DNA of 64,000 nt, taken from NCBI GenBank assembly GCA_024641025.1, contig JAHEDW010000004.1, positions 617 to 64,616 of the forward strand, read 5' to 3'. Position numbers and translations under genes: made by a program. Below the pieces are notes generated by a model. The model saw only the letters and a list, made by a program, of their open reading frames with translations. It searched no databases and was not told the origin of the DNA. The DNA comes from Gallionella sp. Lineage in GTDB: Bacteria; Pseudomonadota; Gammaproteobacteria; Burkholderiales; Gallionellaceae. Each line of letters opens with the position of its first letter. The first letter of the stretch is position 1. Shown here in pieces: positions 22,112 through 31,911 of the stretch.

Positions 22112-22134
22112 ATAAAAAAAGGGGCTCGCGCCCC
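22112..22134 (-). terminator. Intrinsic terminator or attenuator downstream of rpsB
   Basis: The minus strand reads GGGGC-gcga-GCCCC followed by seven T (A-run 22114-22120 on the plus strand), about 20 nt after the rpsB stop. Confidence 0.7.
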
Positions 22135-22154
22135 TTTCTGCGTCCGGAAGCTTT

Positions 22155-22880
22155 TTAAGCCGCAGTTTGTTCCGCTACCTGCTCAACCAATTCATTCATG
22201 GCTTGTGCACGTCCTTCCAAAACAGCGTCAGCGATGCCGCGTGCATAAAGGCGGATCGCCTGTGTAGAGTCATCGTTCCCAGGAATGATGTAATCCACGC
22301 CAAGTGGGGAATTGTTGGTATCCACAACGCCAATCACTGGGATGCCTAACTTCTGAGCTTCAACGATTGCTCCCTTCTGGTAGCCAACATCGATAACGAA
22401 CAACGCAGTTGGCAAGCCCTGCATATCCTTAATGCCACCCAAGCTACGCTCCAACTTTTCCAGTTCGCGCTTCATCATCAGCGCTTCCTTCTTTGAGATT
22501 CTCTCGGATGCGCCATCAGAAGTCATCTGCTCCAGTTCGCGCAGACGCTTTATTGATTCTTGAACGGTTTTGTAATTTGTCAGCATGCCGCCAAGCCATC
22601 GATGATTCACGAACGGTGACTCTGCGCGCGTTGCTTCTTCCTGGAGTATCTCGCGAGCCTGACGCTTCGTTGCGACGAACAGGATGGTGCCTTTTTTTGC
22701 AGAAAGCTTGCGCACAAACTTCTCAGCCTCGGCAAACATCTCTACGGTTTTTTCCAGATTGATGATATGAATCTTGTTGCGATGGCCGAAGATATAAGGC
22801 GCCATCTTAGGATTCCAAAAACGGGTCTGGTGACCGAAATGAACACCAGCTTCCAACATTTGACGCATAGTTACAGGCAT
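22155..22880 (-). CDS. rpsB: 30S ribosomal protein S2
   Basis: [22 protein letters not shown] is the canonical S2 N-terminus. Confidence 0.98.
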   Translation of the reverse strand: MPVTMRQMLEAGVHFGHQTRFWNPKMAPYIFGHRNKIHIINLEKTVEMFAEAEKFVRKLSAKKGTILFVATKRQAREILQEEATRAESPFVNHRWLGGMLTNYKTVQESIKRLRELEQMTSDGASERISKKEALMMKRELEKLERSLGGIKDMQGLPTALFVIDVGYQKGAIVEAQKLGIPVIGVVDTNNSPLGVDYIIPGNDDSTQAIRLYARGIADAVLEGRAQAMNELVEQVAEQTAA

Positions 22881-23068
22881 GATTACTCCGAATGAAAGGG
22901 TTATTAACTACCGATCGCTAGCTTGACCCTCAAAACTGATGAGAGCACCCCAACTTGTGCGAACGGGAAATTTACTCCGGACTATTCCGAAGCGGCGCAT
23001 ATTCTAACATCAATGCTGCTCTTGGCTCAACCTTATCTGCAAGAATGGCGGCGTATGCGCAAAATCCA

Positions 23069-23296
23069 TCACTCCGATGTCTCAAGCTCTTTACGCTTGT
23101 TCATATAGACGTCATAGCTCTCACGCTTTCCGCAATCGATCGACGGATTTTTCATGCATTCCTGCTGGTGGACATTCTGTAATGTTTCAAAAGCAGTTCG
23201 TTTGGCAGTGTCACTGCTGCAACCTGTTGCTAGCGCAATGATTGCCAGAAACAAAATGTATGGTAAGCCTGCCATCAAAATTCCTACGATTCCCAT
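23069..23296 (-). CDS. Small putative lipoprotein (75 aa), function unknown
   Basis: Hydrophobic leader ending in the lipobox LATGC, followed by a polar region with two further Cys. Its ATG lies 3 nt after the ybbP-like stop. Confidence 0.55.
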   Translation of the reverse strand: MGIVGILMAGLPYILFLAIIALATGCSSDTAKRTAFETLQNVHQQECMKNPSIDCGKRESYDVYMNKRKELETSE

Positions 23297-23299
23297 AAA

Positions 23300-25771
23300 C
23301 TACTCGCGCAATATTGCAAGCGGAGGCAGTACAGTCAACCAGCGAGTACCCAACCAACCAGCCAGAGTCACTGTTGCCATGCCACCAAGCACTCCTACTG
23401 GCCATATTACTGGGCTTGGTTGGAAGGGAATCTCTAGAACGAAACGGGCAAGCACCCATCCGAGCAGCACGGCTCCAGATGCAGCAAACAAACCGCTCAG
23501 TCCACCGAGCACGGTGAATTCGGCAAGATGCAATCTGCGCAGGTAATATCCGTCCGCACCCAAAGTTCGCAACACTGCGGCTTCGAAGGTGCGCTCGTCC
23601 TGAGTGGCAAGTAAAGCGGCATAAAGCACTGCGAACCCGGAAAAGAGCGTAAACAAAAACACCGCCGCCATCACTTGGGTGATCTGATCCATGATGTGTC
23701 GTACTTGAGCGATTATCGCTCCTGTATCTATAACCAGCACGTTCGGGAGTTCCAGCGCCAGATTATCACCCGCTCGCACCTTGTCAGGTGGCAGGAAAAA
23801 ACTCGTGAGGTAACTACCCGGAAAGTCGCTAAGCAATTCAGGGGTTGCGATCACGAAAAAATTCACCCGCATCGAATCCCACTGCACTTTGCGCAGACTG
23901 GTCACCTGGGCAGTAAATCGGCTGCCCGCGACATCGTAGGTAAGCATGTCTCCCAGATAGATTCCCAGAGTCTGTGCGATTCCTTCTTCGACCGAAAGCT
24001 GTCCGTTCCCGTTTATGTCCCACCACGTGCCAGAGACCAACTCATTCCACTCAGGCATTTGTTCCATGTAGGATAGATTGAACTCTCGTTCCACCAATCC
24101 GCGAGCACGGGGTTCTGAGTAGCTGTCACCGTTGACAGGAATGTCATTGATCGCAACTAGGCGTCCACGCACCATCGGCATTAAATGAGGCTTCGGTAAC
24201 CGTTCACGTGAGAAGAAATCAAACACCTGTTGCCGCTGGTCCGGTTGGATGTTCACAACAAAGCGGTTCGGCGCATCCGGCGGAAGTTTGTCCTGCCAGC
24301 CATGCAGCAGATCGCTACGAACCAGCGTTAACAGCAGCAATGCCATGCCGCCCAACGCCAGCGCAACGACTTGCAATGCGTTGTTGCGTACGTGCCGCAC
24401 CAGATTGTTCATCGCATGCCGCCAGTAAGAAGTCAGGTTGGTAAGATAAGCACCTAGTCCTATCAGTATCAGCCAGGCCAATCCACCGAATATGGCCAAC
24501 CCGGCCAGCAAGCCCCCCAAAACAGCGAAACCCAGTTCAAGCGATCCGGCATGCCAGAGGAACAGCACTCCCAACACCAGCATCGCCAGACCATAAGCAA
24601 GAAGAGTGTTGGGTTGCGGGGCACCAAGTTCGCGACGCAGCACACGTAATGGTGACACTTTGCGCAATTGCAGCAATGGCAGGAATGCGAAACCGAACAA
24701 CAGCGCGTAACCGCTTATACCTGCCTTGATCGCAGGCAGCACCCCGGGTTGGGGTAACGCAGCATCGCGCATAGCCTCGACAAAGAAGATCAATGCCGCT
24801 TGTGTTGCATATCCCAGAAGACATCCCAGCAGCACCGCAAACAAGCCGAGCAACAGAAACTGATACATGAACAATCGCAGCACCTGACCCTGTTGCGCAC
24901 CAAGACAGCGCATCACTGCACAACTATCAAGGTGCCTCTGCACGAACCGCCTAGCAGAAAGCAGGATTGCCGCGCCGGCAAGAATTGCGGCAGTTAGCGC
25001 AGCAAGTCCAAGAAAATGCTCAGCGCGTTCCAGTGCACTGCGAATTTCAGGACGCGCATCGCGCACATCCTCTAACCGCTCGTTACCGGACAACTTATTA
25101 CTCAATTCTTCGCGAAGTGCAGCTACCTTTGTCGCCTCACCTGCAACCATCAGACGATAAGTAATGCGGCTGCCTTCCTGCTGCAATCCAGTCGATGCCA
25201 GATCGCGCATGTTCATCAGCACGCGGGGAGCAAAACTGGAAAAACCGATAGACTGATCGATATCCTTTACGATACGCGCCGCAACATTGAAGCGCTGATC
25301 GCCTATGTTGACCTCATTCCCGACCTTCAGATCGAGGCGGCGCAACAAGCGCTCGTCTACCCACACTGTGCCGCGTTCCGGAATACCATTCGCATCATGT
25401 TCGCTGCTATCGCCAATAGTTAACTTGCCGCGCAACGGATAGCCTGGCTCCACCGCCTGGATCTCTGAAAGCAGTGTCTGCTCCCGGAACGCAACCATGC
25501 TTGGAAAGCTTCGGCTCTCGACAGTATATAAGCCGTGCGCCTTCGCGCTATTTTGGTAAATGGATGGTAACGGGCGCGTAGAGGTTATACGTAAATCCGA
25601 CCCGATCAGACTTGTCGCCTCCTGTTGTAACGCTTGTCGTACACGGTCTGCAAACAGTCCTACTGTGGAGAGACTTCCAACTGCAAGTACCAGCGCCAGT
25701 AACAGCACGCGCCACTCTCCGGCACGCCAGTCGCGACGTAGAAGATTGAAGGAAAGGCGGAGTATATTCAT
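23300..25771 (-). CDS. ybbP: FtsX/MacB-type ABC transporter permease (YbbP-like, duplicated FtsX domains)
   Basis: About 820 aa with two 4-TM FtsX modules and large periplasmic loops. The start MNILRLSFNLL at 25771 forms an ATGA overlap with ybbA. Synteny tesA|ybbA-ybbP as in E. coli. Confidence 0.85.
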   Translation of the reverse strand: MNILRLSFNLLRRDWRAGEWRVLLLALVLAVGSLSTVGLFADRVRQALQQEATSLIGSDLRITSTRPLPSIYQNSAKAHGLYTVESRSFPSMVAFREQTLLSEIQAVEPGYPLRGKLTIGDSSEHDANGIPERGTVWVDERLLRRLDLKVGNEVNIGDQRFNVAARIVKDIDQSIGFSSFAPRVLMNMRDLASTGLQQEGSRITYRLMVAGEATKVAALREELSNKLSGNERLEDVRDARPEIRSALERAEHFLGLAALTAAILAGAAILLSARRFVQRHLDSCAVMRCLGAQQGQVLRLFMYQFLLLGLFAVLLGCLLGYATQAALIFFVEAMRDAALPQPGVLPAIKAGISGYALLFGFAFLPLLQLRKVSPLRVLRRELGAPQPNTLLAYGLAMLVLGVLFLWHAGSLELGFAVLGGLLAGLAIFGGLAWLILIGLGAYLTNLTSYWRHAMNNLVRHVRNNALQVVALALGGMALLLLTLVRSDLLHGWQDKLPPDAPNRFVVNIQPDQRQQVFDFFSRERLPKPHLMPMVRGRLVAINDIPVNGDSYSEPRARGLVEREFNLSYMEQMPEWNELVSGTWWDINGNGQLSVEEGIAQTLGIYLGDMLTYDVAGSRFTAQVTSLRKVQWDSMRVNFFVIATPELLSDFPGSYLTSFFLPPDKVRAGDNLALELPNVLVIDTGAIIAQVRHIMDQITQVMAAVFLFTLFSGFAVLYAALLATQDERTFEAAVLRTLGADGYYLRRLHLAEFTVLGGLSGLFAASGAVLLGWVLARFVLEIPFQPSPVIWPVGVLGGMATVTLAGWLGTRWLTVLPPLAILRE

Positions 25772-26433
25772 ACAACCTTTCCAGCAGACAGTTTCAACTG
25801 CCTGCTGCATCGATTTGCCAGCGCTTCGTCGTGGGTGACCAATATAAGTGTCGTTCCCTGAGCACGGTTGAGTTCCAGCATGAGCTCAATCACCTGAGCG
25901 CCCGTTGCCGCATCAAGGTTGCCGGTAGGTTCGTCGGCAAAGAGTATCTTAGGTTGAGTCACAAAAGCTCGCGCCAGCGCAACCCGTTGTTGCTCTCCGC
26001 CTGAAAGATGCTTTGGCAGGTGATGGCCTCGGGCACTCAAACCCACTTGGCGAAGCGATTCGGCGGCACGAGACGCTGCATTAACAACACCGCGCAACTC
26101 AAGGGGTAGCATGACGTTCTCCAGTGCGGAAAGCGCGGGCAACAACTGGAACGACTGAAACACGAAACCTGCCAGTTCGCCGCGAAGCTTGGCACGTCCG
26201 TCCTCGTCCAGCGCGAACAGATCGATTCCATTCAGCAGGACGCTGCCACTACTTGGAATATCCAACCCGGCCAAGAGACCTAACAGGGTCGACTTGCCAG
26301 AACCGGAGGCGCCAAGTATCGCCAAACTCTCTCCCGCCTCAACGGTGAAACTTGCATGATGCAAGATGGTCAGTGGTTGGTCACCACTTAAAACTTGCTT
26401 GGTAAGTTCAACTGCCTGCACAATCGCTGTCAT
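25768..26433 (-). CDS. ybbA: ABC transporter ATP-binding protein (YbbA-like)
   Basis: Walker A GASGSGKST, signature LSGGEQQRVALARA and Walker B ILFADEPTGNLD. Confidence 0.92.
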   Translation of the reverse strand: MTAIVQAVELTKQVLSGDQPLTILHHASFTVEAGESLAILGASGSGKSTLLGLLAGLDIPSSGSVLLNGIDLFALDEDGRAKLRGELAGFVFQSFQLLPALSALENVMLPLELRGVVNAASRAAESLRQVGLSARGHHLPKHLSGGEQQRVALARAFVTQPKILFADEPTGNLDAATGAQVIELMLELNRAQGTTLILVTHDEALANRCSRQLKLSAGKVV

Positions 26434-27043
26434 GAATTCACTTTTCCTAAAAATTATATTCTTGCTAGTAACCCTATGGTTCCCGCTGAATTCCTATGCT
26501 GCGAAAACCATACTTGTTCTCGGCGACAGTCTATCAGCCGGATATGGCATCGCCATAGAAAAAGGCTGGGTGAATCTCCTACAACAGGAACTTATACGCA
26601 CGCAATCCGGCTTCACTATCGTGAACGCCAGCATCAGCGGGGAAACTTCGGCTGGCGGCAAGCAGCGCATCGCCAAGGCATTGAAAAAACATACGCCTGC
26701 TATCTTGATCGTTGAGCTTGGCGCAAATGATGGTTTGCGTGGCTATAACCCTACAGACATCGAAGCCAATCTCGATGCGATTATCTCGCAAGCACAGAGA
26801 ACCGGTACCAAGGTATTACTTATTGGCATGGAGATCCCTCCTAATTACGGTACGACTTACACCAAAAAGTTCCGTGAACTCTACCCACGTCTTGCCAACA
26901 AGCACCGCATCCTGCTGTTGCCGTTCCTGCTAGAAGGAGTATCTCCTGACCAGTTTCAGACGGATAACCTTCATCCAGTTGCCGATGCACAGCAACAAAT
27001 CATGCTGAACGTACTACAAGAACTGAAACGCTTGATGCACTAA
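26432..27043 (+). CDS. tesA: SGNH/GDSL arylesterase-thioesterase-lysophospholipase (TesA-like), secreted
   Basis: Signal peptide then VLGDSLSAGYG (GDS block), GANDG block and the DxxH end (DNLHP). The start MNSLFLK at 26432 is preferred over the track start at 26366. Confidence 0.9.
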   Translation: MNSLFLKIIFLLVTLWFPLNSYAAKTILVLGDSLSAGYGIAIEKGWVNLLQQELIRTQSGFTIVNASISGETSAGGKQRIAKALKKHTPAILIVELGANDGLRGYNPTDIEANLDAIISQAQRTGTKVLLIGMEIPPNYGTTYTKKFRELYPRLANKHRILLLPFLLEGVSPDQFQTDNLHPVADAQQQIMLNVLQELKRLMH

Positions 27044-27047
27044 CATC

Positions 27048-29090
27048 ATGTCCAATCGCCTTTCACTGGAAACCAGCCCTTATCTGCAGCAGCACGCCGA
27101 GAATCCGGTTGACTGGCATGCCTGGAATCCGGACACGTTGCTTCTTGCCCGCGAACAGGACAAACCGATACTGCTCTCTATCGGCTATTCAGCCTGCCAC
27201 TGGTGTCACGTGATGGCTCGCGAGTCGTTCGAGGATGCAGATGTCGCCGCAGTGATGAACGAGCATTTCATTAACATCAAGGTGGATCGTGAGGAGCGCC
27301 CCGACCTTGACCAGATCTACCAGACAGCTCATCACTTGCTGACACAACGCAACGGCGGCTGGCCGCTGACGATGTTTCTCAGCCCTGACGGAACGCCATT
27401 CTTCGGAGGCACTTATTTTCCTAAGCGAGCGCGATATAACCTACCGGCCTTCCCTGACCTACTGGAAAGGGTCGCACAGGTTTACTACAACAATCGCGCT
27501 GAGTTGACTGCTCAGGGCGAACACCTGATCGCCGCACTCACCGAAACCATTCCACGGCTAGACAACTCAGAATTCTCGCTCAATGGCCAGCCTATGAACC
27601 TAGCAATTCAACAACACAAGGAGCACTTCGATAGTGTAAATGGTGGATTCGGCAATGCACCAAAATTCCTGCACCCAGCCGAACTGGATCTGATGTTGCG
27701 TCACGCTCGATCGAACAACGACGATCAATCTCTGAACATCGTGTTATACACACTTCGACAGATGGCCCATGGCGGACTTTATGACCAACTCGGGGGCGGA
27801 TTTTGCCGCTACAGTGTTGACGACCGTTGGGACATCCCTCACTTTGAGAAGATGCTATATGACAACGGCTTGTTACTCGGCCTGTATTGCGATGCATGGA
27901 AATTCAGTGGGGATCCCTTGTTTTCAAACGTAGTCGAACAAACTGCTTCATGGGTAATGCGTGAGATGCAATCACCTGAAGGTGGGTACTACTCTTCTCT
28001 GGATGCCGATTCAGAACATGAGGAAGGTAAGTTTTACCTGTGGCAACGCGATGAGATCCGCAAGCTTCTAGATGAAGATGAGTTTGCACTGATTGAGCAA
28101 TATTATGCTCTGGATCACCCGGCTAATTTCGAAAACCAAGCATGGAATCTTCGTATCAGTACTCCTCTCAAAGACATCGCATATCGCTTGGGCAAAGATG
28201 AGGAAGAGACAAGAAGAATATTGTCCAGTGCCCAAGAAAAATTGTTCGCCGCACGCGAGAAACGCGTCCGTCCTGGACGAGATGAAAAAATACTTGGCGC
28301 ATGGAACGGCCTCATGATTACCGGCATGGCTCGTGCCGCAACAGTGTTTGGACGCACCGACTGGTTGAATTCGGCCCAACGGGCAATGAATTTCGTTCGA
28401 AGCACCTTGTGGAAGGATGGAAGATTATTGGCAACCTACAGGGATGGCAAAGCGCATCTGAATGCCTACCTTGATGACCAAGCATACTTGCTATCTGCGT
28501 TGCTTGAATTGTCCCAAGCTGAGTACAGAAGTGCTGAACTGGATTTTGCCGAACAACTCGGCGATAACTTGCTTTCACACTTCGAGGACAAACAGGAAGG
28601 CGGATTCTTCTTCACCAGCCATGAGCATGAGGTGCTGATCCAGCGCAACAAGATTGGCCATGACAATGCCACACCATCAGGCAACGGTATCGCCGCACAA
28701 GCGTTGCTTCGTCTTTCAACGTTAACCGGCAAGGTCAAATATACAGAAGCTGCAGTACGATGCTTGAAGCTGTTCTACCCTGCCATAAGGCAAGGCGCCG
28801 CTTATCACTCTAGTCTGTGTACGGCTCTTGGTGAGTATTTGCAACCTCCTGCACTGCTGGTATTGCGTGGAACAGCCAACTCCATGCGTGAATGGCAGGA
28901 TGTGTTGCAATCTCGTTATCTTCCCAATCTGATGACGATATCCCTGCCTGATGGGATTACTTCCTTGCCTGAAATTCTAGACAAACCATTCCGGGAAAAT
29001 ACTACAGCTTGGTTGTGCCATGGAACACAATGCCTGCCGCCGATCTCCAAACTAGACGAACTGTTGGCGCAGCTTGACAGCACTGAGTAA
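27048..29090 (+). CDS. Thioredoxin-domain (DUF255) / six-hairpin-glycosidase-like protein (YyaL/SPATA20 family)
   Basis: N-terminal SPYLQQHAENPVDWHAW...SIGYSACHWCHVM is the DUF255 signature. About 680 aa. Confidence 0.85.
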   Translation: MSNRLSLETSPYLQQHAENPVDWHAWNPDTLLLAREQDKPILLSIGYSACHWCHVMARESFEDADVAAVMNEHFINIKVDREERPDLDQIYQTAHHLLTQRNGGWPLTMFLSPDGTPFFGGTYFPKRARYNLPAFPDLLERVAQVYYNNRAELTAQGEHLIAALTETIPRLDNSEFSLNGQPMNLAIQQHKEHFDSVNGGFGNAPKFLHPAELDLMLRHARSNNDDQSLNIVLYTLRQMAHGGLYDQLGGGFCRYSVDDRWDIPHFEKMLYDNGLLLGLYCDAWKFSGDPLFSNVVEQTASWVMREMQSPEGGYYSSLDADSEHEEGKFYLWQRDEIRKLLDEDEFALIEQYYALDHPANFENQAWNLRISTPLKDIAYRLGKDEEETRRILSSAQEKLFAAREKRVRPGRDEKILGAWNGLMITGMARAATVFGRTDWLNSAQRAMNFVRSTLWKDGRLLATYRDGKAHLNAYLDDQAYLLSALLELSQAEYRSAELDFAEQLGDNLLSHFEDKQEGGFFFTSHEHEVLIQRNKIGHDNATPSGNGIAAQALLRLSTLTGKVKYTEAAVRCLKLFYPAIRQGAAYHSSLCTALGEYLQPPALLVLRGTANSMREWQDVLQSRYLPNLMTISLPDGITSLPEILDKPFRENTTAWLCHGTQCLPPISKLDELLAQLDSTE

Positions 29091-29097
29091 TCCACAA

Positions 29098-30048
29098 CTA
29101 GCGCAATGAGATTCCATTTTGCGTCGAATAACCGATCGCGCTCGCCACGCCTGCGCCAAATTTCTTCGCAATTCGATCCGCAAAGTTTTCTTTCATCGTG
29201 AAATCTACGATCTTCTCAGCCTTGATGACGTCTCGCGCGACCGATTCCAATGTGCCATAGCCATCCGCAAGTCCCATCTCAACCCCCTTTTCACCGTTCC
29301 ACACCAGGCCGCTGAAAGTATCTGATGTCTCCTTCAAGCGCTTACCGCGCCCTTTCCTGACGACATCGATAAATTGCTGGTGTATCTGCGCAAGCATTTG
29401 CTTGATATATTCCTGATGCGCCGGCTTAGCTGGCGAGAACGGGTCAAGGAATCCCTTATTCTCGCCTGCTGTGATAAGACGTCGCTCGACGCCAAGCTTC
29501 GACATCGTCCCGGTAAAACCAAAACCATCCATCAACACGCCAATCGAACCGATAAGGCTGGCCTTGTCCACGAAGATCTTGTCTGCCGCAGCAGCGACGT
29601 AATAACCCCCGGACGCACAGATATCGTCCACGACTACATACAGAGGAATCTTCGGAAACTTGGCGCGCAGACGACGGATTTCGTCATTGATCTGACCGGC
29701 CTGCACAGGACTGCCTCCGGGGCTGTTAATGCGTAATATCACACCCTGAGTATCTTTGTCCCCAAACGCCTCCTGCAGACTCGGAATCATGCTATCGGCA
29801 CTTGCCGCGCTATCCGATGCGATTACGCCCTGCATATCTACCAGTGCGGTGTGCTTGCCTGTGCTCAGAGCAGCCTCACTATCTCCTAGCCAACCCATGA
29901 ACAGGAACAGCAGGGTAAAAAGATATACGAAAGTGAGGGTCTTGAAGAATATCCCCCAATGGCGCGCGCGACGCTGTTCCTGCAAAGCAGCTAGCGCCAG
30001 TTTCTCCAACACACCGCGCTCCCAATTGCTATTTTGGTCTGACATCAC
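29098..30048 (-). CDS. sppA: Signal peptide peptidase SppA, 36K type (peptidase S49)
   Basis: N-terminal TM, SPGGS and ASGGYY motifs. Confidence 0.88.
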   Translation of the reverse strand: MMSDQNSNWERGVLEKLALAALQEQRRARHWGIFFKTLTFVYLFTLLFLFMGWLGDSEAALSTGKHTALVDMQGVIASDSAASADSMIPSLQEAFGDKDTQGVILRINSPGGSPVQAGQINDEIRRLRAKFPKIPLYVVVDDICASGGYYVAAAADKIFVDKASLIGSIGVLMDGFGFTGTMSKLGVERRLITAGENKGFLDPFSPAKPAHQEYIKQMLAQIHQQFIDVVRKGRGKRLKETSDTFSGLVWNGEKGVEMGLADGYGTLESVARDVIKAEKIVDFTMKENFADRIAKKFGAGVASAIGYSTQNGISLR

Positions 30049-30067
30049 GATTCCTTAAGATTATTTG

Positions 30068-30730
30068 TTAAGCGTTAGCTCTAAACCAAGTTCTCAATCC
30101 GGAAAAATCTTTCAACAACGCAAGCGGATTCAATTCCTGCAACCGTTCTGGAGGATGAGCGCCATGACCCACGGCCACGGAGTCCACCTTGGCATTCTGC
30201 GCCATCTGCAAATCGTGTGTAGTATCCCCAACCATCAGGGTCCGATCGGCGAATACTCCCAGTTCTTCCATCAATTCCAAAAGCATTGCAGGATCCGGCT
30301 TGGAAGAAGTCTGGTCCGCCGTGCGCGTCGCATGAAAATATCTGCTCATGGAAGTTGCTTCCATTGCCCGGGTCAATCCCGCTTTGCTCTTGCCAGTTGC
30401 CACCGCCAACCAGTAACCGTCTGCATATAACTCTGCTATCGTCTCCTTTGCGCCTGCGTATAGTGGGATCTTTTCATCCTGAGAAAGGAAATGATGACGA
30501 TAGCGGGCAACCAAGTCGGGGCGGAGGGCGTCTGGCATGCTTGGCACTGCATAGCGCAACGCTTGATCCAACCCAAGACCGATTACATGACGAGCAGTTT
30601 CATCATCCGGAACATTCAATCCCAGATCGCGGCATGCTGCCTGTATTGAACTGGAAATCACCCCTGTTGAATCCATCACGGTGCCATCCCAGTCAAAAAC
30701 GATCAAATCATAGCGTTTACTCATTAGCAT
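30068..30730 (-). CDS. HAD-IA family hydrolase (phosphoglycolate-phosphatase-like)
   Basis: DLIVFDWDGTVMDS (DxDGT) motif I and VGDTTHD motif IV. Substrate is not inferable from sequence. Confidence 0.75.
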   Translation of the reverse strand: MLMSKRYDLIVFDWDGTVMDSTGVISSSIQAACRDLGLNVPDDETARHVIGLGLDQALRYAVPSMPDALRPDLVARYRHHFLSQDEKIPLYAGAKETIAELYADGYWLAVATGKSKAGLTRAMEATSMSRYFHATRTADQTSSKPDPAMLLELMEELGVFADRTLMVGDTTHDLQMAQNAKVDSVAVGHGAHPPERLQELNPLALLKDFSGLRTWFRANA

Positions 30731-30799
30731 GCCAAAAATAATTAAGCGCGGATATTACCACCTTGGAGCCTGAGTCCCAACCTGTGCAACAATGAACAC

Positions 30800-31876
30800 A
30801 TGGAAAAATCCCCCCAAACTGACTGGTTGATATATTGCCGCCCGGGTTTCGAACAAGATTGTGTGCAAGAAGCGCTTAGACAGGCTCGGATGCAGAAACC
30901 GGTTATCGCTGAACAGCCTCTGATTCAACCCTGCAGTGGCTATGTCATCGTGTCGCTCAACGATCAGTCCTTGAATTATCACCAACTGATCTTCGCACGT
31001 CAGTTAGTCCAATTGCATCACAGCATATCCTCTCTTCCTGAACGAGACCGACTCACGCCAATCCTGGAAGTCGTCTCCACCCTGCCTGGAAAATTCGGCA
31101 CTTTGTGGCTGGAAGTGCCGGACACAAACGAAGGCAAGCTTGTCTCCAACTTTACGAGGCGCTTTCAGGCTTTGCTCGAGACAGCATTGCGCCGGCAAGG
31201 AATATTAGAGGATCAAGCCCAGGAAATGCGAAACTCTTTGCCTCGCCTACACTGTTTCTTTCCCGACAAATCGTCAGTACTGATAGGCACCAGCAATCTA
31301 CGCAACAGTGCTGATGCGATCATGGGCATCGTACGCCAATCCATGCCTGCTGAAGCACCGAGTCGCTCCACGATGAAGCTTTCCGAAGCGATTGCGGTAT
31401 TCATGGATCGTAGTCAACAAGCGCGACTGTTGAGGCAAGGCATGCATGCAGTCGATCTTGGCGCAGCACCAGGGGGGTGGACTTGGCAACTAATCAAGCG
31501 AGGCATCCGCGTGACCGCAGTAGACAACGGCCCGATGAAAGGCCCACTTGCCAATCATCCACTGGTACAGCATATCAGGCAAGACGGTTTTAAGTTTGTA
31601 CCACGCAAAGCAGTAGATTGGTTGGTATGCGACATGGTGGAAAAGCCCTCTAGAGTCGCCACGCTGATCGGTGATTGGTTTGCTGCAGGCTGGTGCAAAC
31701 ACTCGATCTTCAACCTGAAGCTGCCGATGAAGCAACGCCTCACTGCAATCGACAGCGCTTTAGGCGAAATCCGCAAACGACTGGACGAAGAAGGCATCAA
31801 CTACCTGATGGTGGCCAAGCAGCTTTATCACGACCGCGAGGAAGTAACTGTATTTCTAACGCGCACTAAACAATAG
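30800..31876 (+). CDS. rlmM: 23S rRNA (cytidine2498-2'-O)-methyltransferase RlmM
   Basis: THUMP-like N-terminus (YCRPGFE) and a C-terminal FtsJ-type SAM domain (AVDLGAAPGGWT, LVCDMVEKP). Confidence 0.88.
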   Translation: MEKSPQTDWLIYCRPGFEQDCVQEALRQARMQKPVIAEQPLIQPCSGYVIVSLNDQSLNYHQLIFARQLVQLHHSISSLPERDRLTPILEVVSTLPGKFGTLWLEVPDTNEGKLVSNFTRRFQALLETALRRQGILEDQAQEMRNSLPRLHCFFPDKSSVLIGTSNLRNSADAIMGIVRQSMPAEAPSRSTMKLSEAIAVFMDRSQQARLLRQGMHAVDLGAAPGGWTWQLIKRGIRVTAVDNGPMKGPLANHPLVQHIRQDGFKFVPRKAVDWLVCDMVEKPSRVATLIGDWFAAGWCKHSIFNLKLPMKQRLTAIDSALGEIRKRLDEEGINYLMVAKQLYHDREEVTVFLTRTKQ

Positions 31877-31911
31877 CCTGCAACTATCTCAGTTAAGTAT
31901 CCAGAGCCCAA

